In this document: one piece after another, positions 39,368-48,673 of the stretch
How the letters are laid out: every line of letters begins with the position of its first letter
Numbering within the stretch: the first letter of the stretch is position 1
From: Myxococcales bacterium
Lineage (GTDB): Bacteria; Myxococcota; UBA727; VGSZ01
Reading direction: 5' to 3'
Length of the DNA: 64,000 bases
Assembly (NCBI GenBank): GCA_023248635.1
Contig: JAHFED010000015.1
Coordinates: 25,177 to 89,176 of the forward strand
Program-made: the position numbers and the translations under genes
The notes under the pieces: model-generated
Told to the model about the DNA's origin: nothing
Database searches by the model: none
The model's input: only the letters and a program-made list of their open reading frames with translations

Positions 39368-40867
39368 TCAGGGCCCGACGCCTGCCAAGACGACGACGTA
39401 GAAGACGCCTTCTTCGGGGTGCAGGGCCAGGCCGACGCCCAGGGCCGTCGTGTCGATGTCGACCAGGGGTTCGAAGGGGCCCAGCAGCAGGGGATCGTCG
39501 ATGCGGGCCACCAGGGGCAACACCTTGGTGAGGGAGGCGTCGGCTTCGAGGGCGACTTCGCCGATGGGCCCCCCCAGCAGGGTGTCGTCGACGCGCCGAA
39601 TCTCCATCATGCGGCGGGCGAGACGCCGCGCGGCCTCTTGCAGGGTGTCAGAGACCACCAAGGGCGCAAAGCCGCGGCTGGTGCGCAGGGCGTTGGCGTC
39701 GTCGAGCAGCTTTTTCTGCAGCGTGGCGACGTCGCGGGTGGGCGGACGACGTCCCAGCAAGGTGACCAGGGTGATGGTGGGACGACCCAGCGCGTCCTGG
39801 CCGCGGACGACGGCGACGCCCATGTGGGTGACGCCCAGGGACACCAGCTCGAAGCGGTGGGCGGGGCTGTCGGTGAGCGCGCTCCAGGCGTCTTGGAGCG
39901 TGCTGCCGCGGGCCTGCACCTCGCCGAGCCGGATGAAGAGAGCGCGGGGATCGCCGGGGAAGCGCTCATCCAGCAGTTCGCGCGGGCTCTTGCCGTCGAC
40001 GCGGTGGCCCAGGACCCCTCCGAGGCTGCGGGCCCTCTCCGTGGCGGCATCGGTGAGCACCGGTGAGATCTTCAGCGTCTCGAGCAGCTGCTCGTTGCGC
40101 AGGCGTTGCACCAGCGCCTCGGCACGGTGGGACAAAGCGAGGTCATCGTGGCCGGCGTCGGGGAAGAGCACCGCCGGACTCGGGGGCAGGGTCGGTGTGC
40201 CGCGCACATAGGGCCACAGCAGGGCGACTTCGGGGTTGCCGCGCGGTGTGCCATCGCCGCCCACTTCGTCGACGATGACCTCGACGACGTGGCGGCCGAC
40301 TTTGCGCAGGGGCAGGCGGCGGGCCTCGCTTCCTTGCAAGACCCATCGATCGACGAAGCCATCGGGCGAGAGCACGAAGAGCTGAGCGACCCGCGACGCC
40401 GGCACCGTCAAAGCGATGGCCGGCGGCTCTTGTCCAGGACCCGACCACGCCGGCGGCAGCTGGGTGACGCTGATGACGCGCCGCGAGGCCACCACCGCCA
40501 CGCAGGGCCTACCCCCGGGGTGTTCAGCGACGACGAAGCCGACGTGCGAGAGGCCCGCACCCCCAAACAGGGCCGAGACCTGTCGGGCGGCGTCGTCGGG
40601 GGAGGAGGCCAGCACGCCCAACACGCGTCCATCGAAGACGCGGGCGGCGGCGCGTACGTCGTCGTCGATGACAGCATCGGTGTCCCGGGCACACAAGAGC
40701 GCAGCCGCTTCGTCGAGGGCGGGGTCTCGCACCAGCTCGGCGGGGATCCAGGGCGGCAACTCCGCCGACGTCGCCAGCTCCGGCGCCGTCACGCACGACG
40801 AGAGCCCGAGCAGGAGCAGGAAACGTCGCACCAGCCGCAGCATCGGGGCTGCCATCGAGCAACGCAA
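39368..40867 (-). CDS. Hypothetical lipoprotein
   Basis: It carries the signal/lipobox RFLLLLGLSSC. The rest is non-repetitive with no domain assigned. Confidence 0.5.
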   Translation of the reverse strand: MRCSMAAPMLRLVRRFLLLLGLSSCVTAPELATSAELPPWIPAELVRDPALDEAAALLCARDTDAVIDDDVRAAARVFDGRVLGVLASSPDDAARQVSALFGGAGLSHVGFVVAEHPGGRPCVAVVASRRVISVTQLPPAWSGPGQEPPAIALTVPASRVAQLFVLSPDGFVDRWVLQGSEARRLPLRKVGRHVVEVIVDEVGGDGTPRGNPEVALLWPYVRGTPTLPPSPAVLFPDAGHDDLALSHRAEALVQRLRNEQLLETLKISPVLTDAATERARSLGGVLGHRVDGKSPRELLDERFPGDPRALFIRLGEVQARGSTLQDAWSALTDSPAHRFELVSLGVTHMGVAVVRGQDALGRPTITLVTLLGRRPPTRDVATLQKKLLDDANALRTSRGFAPLVVSDTLQEAARRLARRMMEIRRVDDTLLGGPIGEVALEADASLTKVLPLVARIDDPLLLGPFEPLVDIDTTALGVGLALHPEEGVFYVVVLAGVGP

Positions 40868-40942
40868 GAATGCTCAGCGCACGACGAGAGCATTGGGAAA
40901 CCCAGCCCAGACGTCGACGTCGGTGTTCCTCCAGCGCTGCGG

Positions 40943-41593
40943 TCACCGCACCGTCAACGAAGGCAGCAAGCGCGGACCGCCGAGGTCGTCGACCAGGCGC
41001 GCGAGGGTGCGAGCTTCGGCCAGCAGCGCACCCACCTGCCGCAAGCGCACGGCCTCGGCAGAGGGGTTGCCATAGCCGCCGACGACGTCGTCGACGATGC
41101 GCAGCTCCGCCTCGACCTTGGCCATCAGCGCCTCGAAACGGGCGACGCCATCGGCGACGACGGCAGCCTTGTGGGCCGGGGAGCTTTCTGCTTCTTCGCG
41201 GGCTTCGATGAAGGCCACCAACAGGGCCTGGCGCAGGGGAGGCTCGGGGACACCCGCCGTCGTCAGCAGCAGGGCGGCGCGATCAAAGGGGATGCGCACA
41301 AGGCGCCAGGCGTCGTTCAAGGCGGCCGTCTGCTCGACGGCGAAACGTCTTTCGGCGTCGCTCTTGCGCACCGCGCGATCGGGATGCACCACGCGCGTGC
41401 GCTGCAACCACGAGGCCTCGAGGGCTTTTTCGTCGACGACAAAGCGGGGACGATCGAGACCCAACCGGACAAAGGACGACGCTGAGGGGTGGGGTGGCAC
41501 CAGGGCCTTGCAGGAGGGACAAGTCAGCGGCGCCAGGGCGGCGTCGAAGGGAGCCCCGCAGGACCGGCACAGGAGCTCGAGGGACGCGCTCAC
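40943..41593 (-). CDS. J-domain co-chaperone (HscB-like) with an N-terminal Cys4 zinc ribbon
   Basis: CRSCGAPF...CPSC is followed by the J-domain HPD tripeptide (RTRVVHPDRAV) and a C-terminal helical bundle. The inferred GTG start overlaps the upstream stop as GTGA. Confidence 0.5.
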   Translation of the reverse strand: MSASLELLCRSCGAPFDAALAPLTCPSCKALVPPHPSASSFVRLGLDRPRFVVDEKALEASWLQRTRVVHPDRAVRKSDAERRFAVEQTAALNDAWRLVRIPFDRAALLLTTAGVPEPPLRQALLVAFIEAREEAESSPAHKAAVVADGVARFEALMAKVEAELRIVDDVVGGYGNPSAEAVRLRQVGALLAEARTLARLVDDLGGPRLLPSLTVR

Positions 41594-42054
41594 GCCGTAT
41601 CGGGTTCGCGCACGGCCGACAGCAAGGCGTCGATCTTCTGTTCCTCGGGTTTCCACGGGGCCAAGAAGCGCGCTTTGCGTTCGGCGCGGGTGAGGATCAA
41701 AACCGCGGCGCTCGTCGACAAACCCTGCCGGCGGGCCTCCTTCAAAAAGAGGCGGCGCACCGAGAGGCTGCCGATGGCGAACACCGGCATCCCGACCGTC
41801 GCCGCCAGCACCCCATAGATGAGGACCGCATACAGGCCACGCACGTCGAGCAGACCGAAGATGGCGACGCCGGCGGCGCAGCAGGCCAGGGCCACTAGGT
41901 TGCGCAGGCGTCGCAACATCACGAGCTGCTGCAGCAGGCCGGCCACGGTGTCGTCGTCGACCTCGCGCACGCGGCGGTGCCAAGGCTCCACGAACTGATC
42001 CTGCGACTGCGGGGCGAAGGGTGTGGCTTCCAGGAGCGCGTGCTCGTCGGACAT
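41590..42054 (-). CDS. Small membrane protein (2 TM helices)
   Basis: The C-terminal half is hydrophobic (LVALACCAAGVAIFGLL...VLIYGVLAATVGMPVFAIGSL). The start is uncertain; the ATG at 42054 overlaps head-to-head with the ATG of the divergent gene. Confidence 0.4.
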   Translation of the reverse strand: MSDEHALLEATPFAPQSQDQFVEPWHRRVREVDDDTVAGLLQQLVMLRRLRNLVALACCAAGVAIFGLLDVRGLYAVLIYGVLAATVGMPVFAIGSLSVRRLFLKEARRQGLSTSAAVLILTRAERKARFLAPWKPEEQKIDALLSAVREPDTA

Positions 42055-42103
42055 GACGCAGCCTACCTCGCTCTCGCCGACGACGTCGTGCCACACTGGC
42101 TGC

Positions 42104-43078
42104 GTGCGGATCCATCCGGGCGGATTTCGACTGGTGCTCGCGGGGCCGAGGGTGTCGAGGTTGCTGCCCTTTCTGCAGGAGAAGGGCTTCGTCGGCGATG
42201 CCTTCGCCAACGGCAAGCAGGCCCTCGAGCACCTGCGAGGCTCGCCCTGCCACGTGCTGTGCATCGAGATCGAGGTCGGCGACATGATGGGCGTCGACCT
42301 GGCCCGCATCGGCAAAGACGAAGGTCTCGTCGGCGCCACCTTGCTCCTGGAAGATCCGATCAAGTCGGGCATGGTGATTTCGGCGTTGGCGCGCGGCATC
42401 GAGGCCTTCGTGCCGGTCCCGCCCGACGAAAAGCTGCTGCTCGACCGGCTCGAGGCCCTGCTGCTGGCCCAATGGGGGCTCGTCGTCAGCCAGCAGCAAG
42501 AGCAGCAGACGCAGGAGCTGGCGCGCGCCCGTCTCGAGCTCGATCAGGCGGGAAAAAAAGCCCAGCAGGCAGAGGAGGTCTTTCGAGAGCTCACCCAGAG
42601 CGCCAGCCGAGACCTCGCCGACGAACGGCGCAAAGTTGCAGAGTTGGAGAGTGAGATCGCGTCGTTGCGCGACCAGCTGGCGACCATGCACCTGCTGGTG
42701 GGGGCAAAGACCGGCAACACCGACGAAGGCCTCTCAACCCGCTCTGGCGAAGGGAGGAGGGTCAGCGGCAGCAACATCCCCGCAGGCGACTTCGACGACG
42801 AGATCACGCTGAAACGGCAGGCCGTGGTGCGAAACGAGCCCACCACCCGGCCCCAGCAGGCTCTCCCCGACGTCGACGACGCGCCGACGCCTCACCTTCC
42901 TCGGGCAGCGGCCCGTCCGGTGAAAAAAGATGGCAGCCCCGGCCAGTCCGCGGAAGCACTTCCAAAGGCACGCAAGAGCCCAGCGACGACGGCCAAGCTC
43001 GATGTGGGCATGTTGAGAGAGCTGGCCGGCATCCCCAAGTCTGGCGAAGAAGAGATCATCTTCGTCGAGGATGACTGA
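42104..43078 (+). CDS. FrzS-like (pseudo)receiver plus coiled-coil protein
   Basis: REC-like FRLVLAGPRVSRLLPFLQEKGF...VLCIEIEVGDMMG is followed by a coiled-coil (QQQEQQTQELARARLELDQAGKKAQQAEE...). The start is ambiguous between 42023, 42053 and 42104. Confidence 0.55.
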   Translation: MRIHPGGFRLVLAGPRVSRLLPFLQEKGFVGDAFANGKQALEHLRGSPCHVLCIEIEVGDMMGVDLARIGKDEGLVGATLLLEDPIKSGMVISALARGIEAFVPVPPDEKLLLDRLEALLLAQWGLVVSQQQEQQTQELARARLELDQAGKKAQQAEEVFRELTQSASRDLADERRKVAELESEIASLRDQLATMHLLVGAKTGNTDEGLSTRSGEGRRVSGSNIPAGDFDDEITLKRQAVVRNEPTTRPQQALPDVDDAPTPHLPRAAARPVKKDGSPGQSAEALPKARKSPATTAKLDVGMLRELAGIPKSGEEEIIFVEDD

Positions 43079-43086
43079 CAACAGCG

Positions 43087-43344
43087 GAATTCACCGACAG
43101 CGCTTCGCGTGTCGGTGAATTGTCTACACGTTCATCGCCTGGCGGCGATGAATTCACCGACGGCTTCGCGTGTCGGTGAATTGTCTACGGGTTCATCGCC
43201 TGGCGGCGATGAATTCACCGACAGCGCTTCGCGTGTCGGTGAATTGTCTACACGTTCATCGCCTGGCGGCGATGAATTCACCGACGGCGCTTCGCGTGTC
43301 GGTGAATTGTCTACGGGTTCATCGCCTGGCGGCGATGAATTCTC
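43087..43344. repeat. Tandem array of four double-hairpin palindromic repeat units (63/61/63/63 bp), copy 4
   Basis: (GAATTCACCGACAGCGCTTCGCGTGTCGGTGAATTGTCTACACGTTCATCGCCTGGCGGCGAT) repeats four times head-to-tail with no unique spacers. Alternating unit variants indicate duplication of a 2-unit block. Confidence 0.95.
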
Positions 43345-43358
43345 ATAGCGTCGCAGCC

Positions 43359-44582
43359 ATGGACGTCGTCTTCATCGAGCCCTGCTTTCCCCAAAACCAG
43401 CGGGAGTTCGTGCGCGCGCTGCACGCTGTCGGCGCTCGCGTCAGTGGCATCGGCGAACGTCCCAAGGAGTCCCTCGACGGCGAACTGAGGCACTGGCTCT
43501 CGCACTATGAGCAAATTCGAAACGTCACAGACATCGGCGATGTCGAACGCGCGGTTCGCTTCATCCAATCCAAGGTGAGGGTGCAAAGGCTCGAGGCCGT
43601 CGTCGAGGCCCACGTCATGACCGCGGCCAAAGTACGGGAGCGCTGCGGGATCCCAGGCACCAGCGTGAACTCCACCTGGCTCTGCCGCGACAAGCCGGCC
43701 ATGAAGGACGCCCTGCGCGAGGCTGGCGTCGCCTGCGCCCAATCCATCGGCTCCAGCGACGCCGCCGAAATCCGGGCCTTCGCCGCCCAGGTTGGCTTCC
43801 CCATGATCATCAAGCCCCGCGATGCGGCCGGAGCCTCAGGCACCGTCCGCGTCGACGACGTCGCCAGCTTGGAGCGGGCGCTGGTCGAGTTCGACGTTGT
43901 CAAAGGCAAGAGTGTCGCCGTCGAAGAATTCATCGAGGGACATGAGGGCTTCTACGACACCCTCACCGTCTCCGGCCGCGTCGTCGCCGACTTCGCCACC
44001 CACTATTTTCCCAACGTGCTCGAGGCCATGCGCACCCGCTGGATCTCGCCGCAGTTCATCACGACCAACCGCCTCGATCACGCCTCGGCCTACGGCGAGG
44101 TCAGGGCCATGGGCCAGCAGGTGATCAGCGCGCTGGGCATCGAGACCTCGGCCACGCACATGGAGTGGTTCTTTGGTCCCAAGGGGCTCAAGTTCAGCGA
44201 GATCGGCTGCCGGCCTCCCGGCGTGCGCACCTGGGACCTCTACTGCGCCGCCAACGACGTCGACGTCTACCAGGAATGGGCGATGGCGGTGGTGCACGGC
44301 AAGCGCGGCCAGGCTCTGTCGCGCCGCTTTTCGGCGGGCATGATCGCGCTGCGGCCCGAATGCGACGGCACCATCGTCGGCTACGAGGGCGTCGACGAGG
44401 TGCACCGGCGCTTCGGCGAGTGGTTCATCGACGAGCACCTGCCCCCCCGCGGACACCCGACCCAGCCCGTCGACGCCGGCTTCATGGCCAACGCCTGGAT
44501 GAGGCTCAAACACCCCGACTACGACACGCTGCGCGGCATGCTCGATGTGATCGGCCAGACCGTGAAGGTGCGCGCGCGCTGA
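43359..44582 (+). CDS. ATP-grasp family ligase (RimK/D-Ala-D-Ala-ligase-like fold)
   Basis: The central ATP-grasp region ...CRDKPAMKDALREAGVACAQS...GFPMIIKPRDAAGASGTVRV... is present. I placed the start at ATG 43359 (MDVVFIEP), immediately after the repeat array. Confidence 0.7.
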   Translation: MDVVFIEPCFPQNQREFVRALHAVGARVSGIGERPKESLDGELRHWLSHYEQIRNVTDIGDVERAVRFIQSKVRVQRLEAVVEAHVMTAAKVRERCGIPGTSVNSTWLCRDKPAMKDALREAGVACAQSIGSSDAAEIRAFAAQVGFPMIIKPRDAAGASGTVRVDDVASLERALVEFDVVKGKSVAVEEFIEGHEGFYDTLTVSGRVVADFATHYFPNVLEAMRTRWISPQFITTNRLDHASAYGEVRAMGQQVISALGIETSATHMEWFFGPKGLKFSEIGCRPPGVRTWDLYCAANDVDVYQEWAMAVVHGKRGQALSRRFSAGMIALRPECDGTIVGYEGVDEVHRRFGEWFIDEHLPPRGHPTQPVDAGFMANAWMRLKHPDYDTLRGMLDVIGQTVKVRAR

Positions 44583-44592
44583 GCGACGTGTA

Positions 44593-45666
44593 TTGACCCT
44601 TGCTGTGAGCACCGTGCCGGAAGAACAGAGCCAGCCCCCCCAAGCAGCGAGGCCGTCGGCGGCGGCGAACAACACCTCGCGCACCGCCGTGCTCTTGGGA
44701 GCCCAGCGCTTCAACCCCACCCTCGGCAGCGTCGTCGCCTCCCTCGGCCTGCAGGGACGGGTCGCGCTCATCACCGCGGGTTGGCAGGAACGGGAGCGCG
44801 AAGACGACGAGCTCTCGACCCACCTCGGCAGCAACACCATCAACCTGGGCCTGCATGCTCGCGGCGGCGCCGTGTTCCACGAGGACAAGGAGCTGGCCGT
44901 TGCCCACCGCGAACGCCAGGACTTGCTGCGGCATCTGCAAGAAATCTATCGCATTCGGCTCGAGGCCGCCTTCGAGGCCGAGCGCGACGTTCGTGCCTAC
45001 GACACGCCACCGGCCCTTCGTGACGAGGTGGCAGAGGCGTCGATCGAGGCCATCCGCGGCCTCGACGCCTGGCACCTCGATCAGTGCGCCCGCGTGCGCG
45101 CCGACTTCGAAGGGCGCTTTCATGTCGCCCAGCGGCCGGCGGTCGCTCGCCAGCGCGAGGAGCTGCGAAAGCTCCTGCAGGACTGCAGCGCCGTCGCCAT
45201 CGCCGGCGGCCACGTCGCCGTCCTTGTCAACCGCTTGGTGCTCTTTGGCCTCGACGAGCTCATCGGCGATCGGCCGATCTTCGCCTGGTCGGCGGGGGCC
45301 ATGGCCGTGAGCGATCGCATCGTGCTCTTTCACGACGATCCGCCTCAGGGACGCATTGCTCGTCAGGTGCTCGACGTCGGCCTGGGCTTCGTCCCAAAGA
45401 CCGTGGTGCTGCCCGAGCCGGAGCGGCGGCTCCACCTCGAGGCCCAGGATCGCATCTCGCTGGTGGCGCGCCGTTTTGCGCCGGCGACCTGCCTGGCCTT
45501 TCCGGCTTGCTCCTACGTCGTCTGGCGAGCTGGTCACATCGAGCGCGCCGAAGGGGTCATCGAGCTCAGCGCTGGCGGCGAGCACCGGCCCTTTCTCCCC
45601 GAGGAGCACGATCGCCGGGCCCGGCCCGATCGACGCGCGAGCAGCCGCGACCGGCGGGCCCGATGA
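44593..45666 (+). CDS. Peptidase S51 family protein (cyanophycinase / dipeptidase-E-like)
   Basis: The nucleophile motif GxSAG is seen as AWSAGAMAV, inside a class-I glutamine-amidotransferase-like fold (AVAIAGGHVAVLVNRL...). It is 10 nt downstream of the ATP-grasp gene. Confidence 0.55.
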   Translation: MTLAVSTVPEEQSQPPQAARPSAAANNTSRTAVLLGAQRFNPTLGSVVASLGLQGRVALITAGWQEREREDDELSTHLGSNTINLGLHARGGAVFHEDKELAVAHRERQDLLRHLQEIYRIRLEAAFEAERDVRAYDTPPALRDEVAEASIEAIRGLDAWHLDQCARVRADFEGRFHVAQRPAVARQREELRKLLQDCSAVAIAGGHVAVLVNRLVLFGLDELIGDRPIFAWSAGAMAVSDRIVLFHDDPPQGRIARQVLDVGLGFVPKTVVLPEPERRLHLEAQDRISLVARRFAPATCLAFPACSYVVWRAGHIERAEGVIELSAGGEHRPFLPEEHDRRARPDRRASSRDRRAR

Positions 45667-45754
45667 TGCTCTCCGCGCCACAGACCTGGCTCAGGGGATC
45701 GTTCAACGACGTTGAGACAAAGATCGGGACCATCGGGACGATGGCGAGGCCACG

Positions 45755-46906
45755 ATGGTGACCCCTCCCACCACCACCGCCGTCGAAGAGCTCATCGAGG
45801 CTTGGTCCGATCCGGCCAAGGTGCGGGGCTTCCTGTCGACGCACAAGTTCCCGCTGGTGCACGGCTCGCTGGTCACCTTCGTCTGGCTCGGTCACGCCGA
45901 CGGCGTCAGCCTCCGCCATTGGGTCTACGGCCTCGAGTCGTCGACGACGCTGACGCGGGCGCCCAACACCGACATCTGGCACCTCACCCTCGAGATCCCG
46001 TCGAACTCGCGCGTCGAATACAAATTCGAGCTCCACCGCGGCGGCCACAACGAGTGGATCGAAGACCCCCTCAACCCCGCCCGGGCCCGCGACCCCTTCG
46101 GCGCCAACTCGGTGCTGCAAGGCGAGGGCTACGTCATCCCCGAGTGGACCAACCCCGACGCCGTCACCCGCCGCGGCACCCTCGAGCCCCTCATCGTCGA
46201 CAGCAAAGCCCTGGGCAACCGTCGCTTCGGCCATCTCTATCTGCCGGCCCGCTTTCGCCGTTCGCGTCAATATCCTCTGTTGGTGGTGCACGACGGCGAC
46301 GACTACATTCGCTATGCCAACATGGTCACGGTGTTGGACAATCTCATTCACCGCCTCGAGATTCCGGACTTGATTGTAGCGTTTACGGGTTCGCCGGATC
46401 GCCTGCGCGAATACGCCGACAACGAGGCCCACGCCCGCTTTGTCACCGAAGAGATGCTGCCCCAGATCGCCTCGCGCTTTCCCCTCGTCGACCAGCCTCA
46501 AGGCCGCTGCTTGATGGGAGCCAGCTTCGGCGCCGTCGCCGCTTTTTCCACCGCCTGCCGCTACCCGAGCGTGTGGGGACGCCTGCTGCTGCAATCGGGG
46601 AGCTTCGCGTTCACAGACATCGGCCGCCGCAACCGCCGCGGACCCCTCTTTGACCGCGTCGTCGAATTCGTGAACGCCTACCGCGCCGAGCCCAAGGCCA
46701 TCAGCCAGCGCGTGTTCATCAGCTGCGGCGTCTACGAGTCCTTGATCTACGAGAACCGCTCGCTGGCTCCCTTGCTCGACGCCACCGGCATGCAGGTGCG
46801 CTTCGTCGAAGCCAGAGACGGCCACAATTGGCAGAATTGGCGCGACCGCCTGCGCGAAGGCCTGTCCTGGCTCTTCCCTGGCCCGCTGCTCTTCGTTTAT
46901 GAATAA
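45755..46906 (+). CDS. Enterochelin-esterase-like alpha/beta hydrolase (N-terminal Ig-like domain plus esterase domain)
   Basis: The GxSxG nucleophile CLMGASFGAVAAF is present, preceded by ...YPLLVVHDGDDY.... The N-terminal beta-sandwich is like that of Fes/IroE-type esterases. Confidence 0.65.
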   Translation: MVTPPTTTAVEELIEAWSDPAKVRGFLSTHKFPLVHGSLVTFVWLGHADGVSLRHWVYGLESSTTLTRAPNTDIWHLTLEIPSNSRVEYKFELHRGGHNEWIEDPLNPARARDPFGANSVLQGEGYVIPEWTNPDAVTRRGTLEPLIVDSKALGNRRFGHLYLPARFRRSRQYPLLVVHDGDDYIRYANMVTVLDNLIHRLEIPDLIVAFTGSPDRLREYADNEAHARFVTEEMLPQIASRFPLVDQPQGRCLMGASFGAVAAFSTACRYPSVWGRLLLQSGSFAFTDIGRRNRRGPLFDRVVEFVNAYRAEPKAISQRVFISCGVYESLIYENRSLAPLLDATGMQVRFVEARDGHNWQNWRDRLREGLSWLFPGPLLFVYE

Positions 46907-46920
46907 GTGCGCTTGGGCGA

Positions 46921-48198
46921 TTGCCGGCGCCGAGGTCCACCATGGCTGAGGTCACGCGACGCATCGGGCTCTCCTTGGGCGCCGACATCTGCTGGCCCGC
47001 CTGCTTCGAGCACATGCTCAGAGAGCTCGATCTCAAGATCCCCGTCGACGGCGACACCGTGCGCTTCGAGTGCGAGCGGGTCACCATCGAGCCCTTCGAC
47101 CTGCAGCAACCCTGCAAATACGACGTCGTCATCGATCGATTGACCCACTGGTATCACACCAGCCGTGAGTGGATCAAAAAGTCCATCATCATGGACGACC
47201 TTTATGTATTCAACAACCCCTGGAGCGTGCAGTCCAACGAGAAGCACACCAGCTACTGCGCGATGATGCACCTGGGCATGCCCATCCCCACGACGTGGAT
47301 GATCCCCCCGCGCAGCTACGAAAAAGAGCTCCCCGACGTCAAAGTCACACTCAACAAATACGCGCGCCTCTTCGACCTCGGCAAGCTCGGCGACAAGGTC
47401 GGCTGGCCCCTGTACCTCAAGCCCTACGACGGCGGCGGCTGGCGCGCGGTCACCCGCGTCTCTGACGTCAAAGCCGCCTGGAAGGCCTACGACGACAGCG
47501 GCAAGGCGGTCATGCACGCCCAGGCCTCCGTCGAGGGCTTTGACCGCTTCGTGCGCTGCATCGGCTTTGGACCCCAGACCAAGTGCGTGCTCTACGACCC
47601 CTCGGCCCCCCTGCACGACCGCTACACCCTGCAGACCAACTTCATCTCCGACGCCGACGCCGAACACCTGCGCAAGGTCACGGTCACCATCAACGCCTTC
47701 TTCGGCTGGGACTTCAACTCCTGCGAAGCCCTGCGCAAGCCCTCTGCTGGCGGCGCCGGCGGCGTCTGGCATCCCATCGACTTCGCGAACCCCTGCCCCG
47801 ACTCGCAGGTGACCTCGCTGCACGGCCATTTTCCCTGGCTGGTGAAGGCCTACCTGCGCTGGGCCCTCTTTTGCGCCGCCACCAAAAGAAAGATGCGCCG
47901 CACCCTGGACTGGCAGCCCTTCTACGACGTCGCCGCCCTCGATCTCTCCTACGAAGAAAAACTCGATCGCTACGCCGCCATCGCCGACGAGCGCATGGGC
48001 CGCGCGCAATTTGAAGAGTTCTGCGCCAGGCACCTGAGCCACCTCGACGACGTCGCCTTCGCCTTCTTCGGCACCCAAGAGGCCAAAGACGCCGTGCGCC
48101 AGAAGACCGCGGCTTTGTTTCCGGCTCATGAGGTCGAAAAGTTCACCGAGCTCTTCTGGCAGCGCATTCAAGCCTGGCGGGCGGCCGGCGTCCCGTGA
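46921..48198 (+). CDS. Second ATP-grasp family ligase (RimK/GspS-like)
   Basis: ...VQSNEKHTSYCAMMHLGMPIPTTWMIP...GWPLYLKPYDGGGWRAVTRV... matches the S-N-K and K-P-x-D-G-x-G-x-G-V ATP-grasp motifs. The start may be 46921 or 46942. Confidence 0.6.
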   Translation: MPAPRSTMAEVTRRIGLSLGADICWPACFEHMLRELDLKIPVDGDTVRFECERVTIEPFDLQQPCKYDVVIDRLTHWYHTSREWIKKSIIMDDLYVFNNPWSVQSNEKHTSYCAMMHLGMPIPTTWMIPPRSYEKELPDVKVTLNKYARLFDLGKLGDKVGWPLYLKPYDGGGWRAVTRVSDVKAAWKAYDDSGKAVMHAQASVEGFDRFVRCIGFGPQTKCVLYDPSAPLHDRYTLQTNFISDADAEHLRKVTVTINAFFGWDFNSCEALRKPSAGGAGGVWHPIDFANPCPDSQVTSLHGHFPWLVKAYLRWALFCAATKRKMRRTLDWQPFYDVAALDLSYEEKLDRYAAIADERMGRAQFEEFCARHLSHLDDVAFAFFGTQEAKDAVRQKTAALFPAHEVEKFTELFWQRIQAWRAAGVP

Positions 48199-48659
48199 GC
48201 GAGTTTTGGTTCGGCTCGCTTTATGAGGAGATGAGAGAACCACAGGGCGATCTTTTTGACGACGTTCTCGCTCCTCGCCTCGATGACGCCCATCGGGCAC
48301 TTCAGGAGATGGACTATGTCTTTCGAGATGAAGGGGCGTTGCTCCTCGATAAAGACGTCGAAAATGAGCGCGATTTATACGCTTTCTCTCGAGTTGCCGA
48401 TCAGTTGATCTCACGGGTCGCTTCCAAAGAAGAGCGGGTTCGATGGCTGATGGATGATGAGGTGTTGCACTTGATTGGTGACAACAAAATCCTTGATAAA
48501 AACCACTTTGAACGCCTCGATTTGGGCGATCTCACCCACGCCGATCGGGTGGAGCTGCTCCGTCATCGCTGTTTCGTCACCGGTCGTCACGACGTAGGGC
48601 GTGAGCATCCCGACCGCTCCACGGACTTTCGCTACGAGGAACCGAATTCGACGGCGTAG
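48195..48659 (+). CDS. Small acidic protein (154 aa) of unknown function in a sharply low-GC (~50%) segment
   Basis: It overlaps the upstream ATP-grasp gene as ATGA. It is rich in D/E, and the codon usage and GC are atypical for the replicon. Confidence 0.45.
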   Translation: MSEFWFGSLYEEMREPQGDLFDDVLAPRLDDAHRALQEMDYVFRDEGALLLDKDVENERDLYAFSRVADQLISRVASKEERVRWLMDDEVLHLIGDNKILDKNHFERLDLGDLTHADRVELLRHRCFVTGRHDVGREHPDRSTDFRYEEPNSTA

Positions 48660-48673
48660 CCCTCGGCGCTTGA

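Noticed and set aside
43087-43344. Possible CRISPR array (regularly spaced repeats)
   Set aside because: The repeats are directly adjacent with no unique spacers. Every unit, including what would be 'spacer' sequence, is repeated. The hairpins are 35 and 22 nt, unlike CRISPR direct repeats. No cas genes are nearby.
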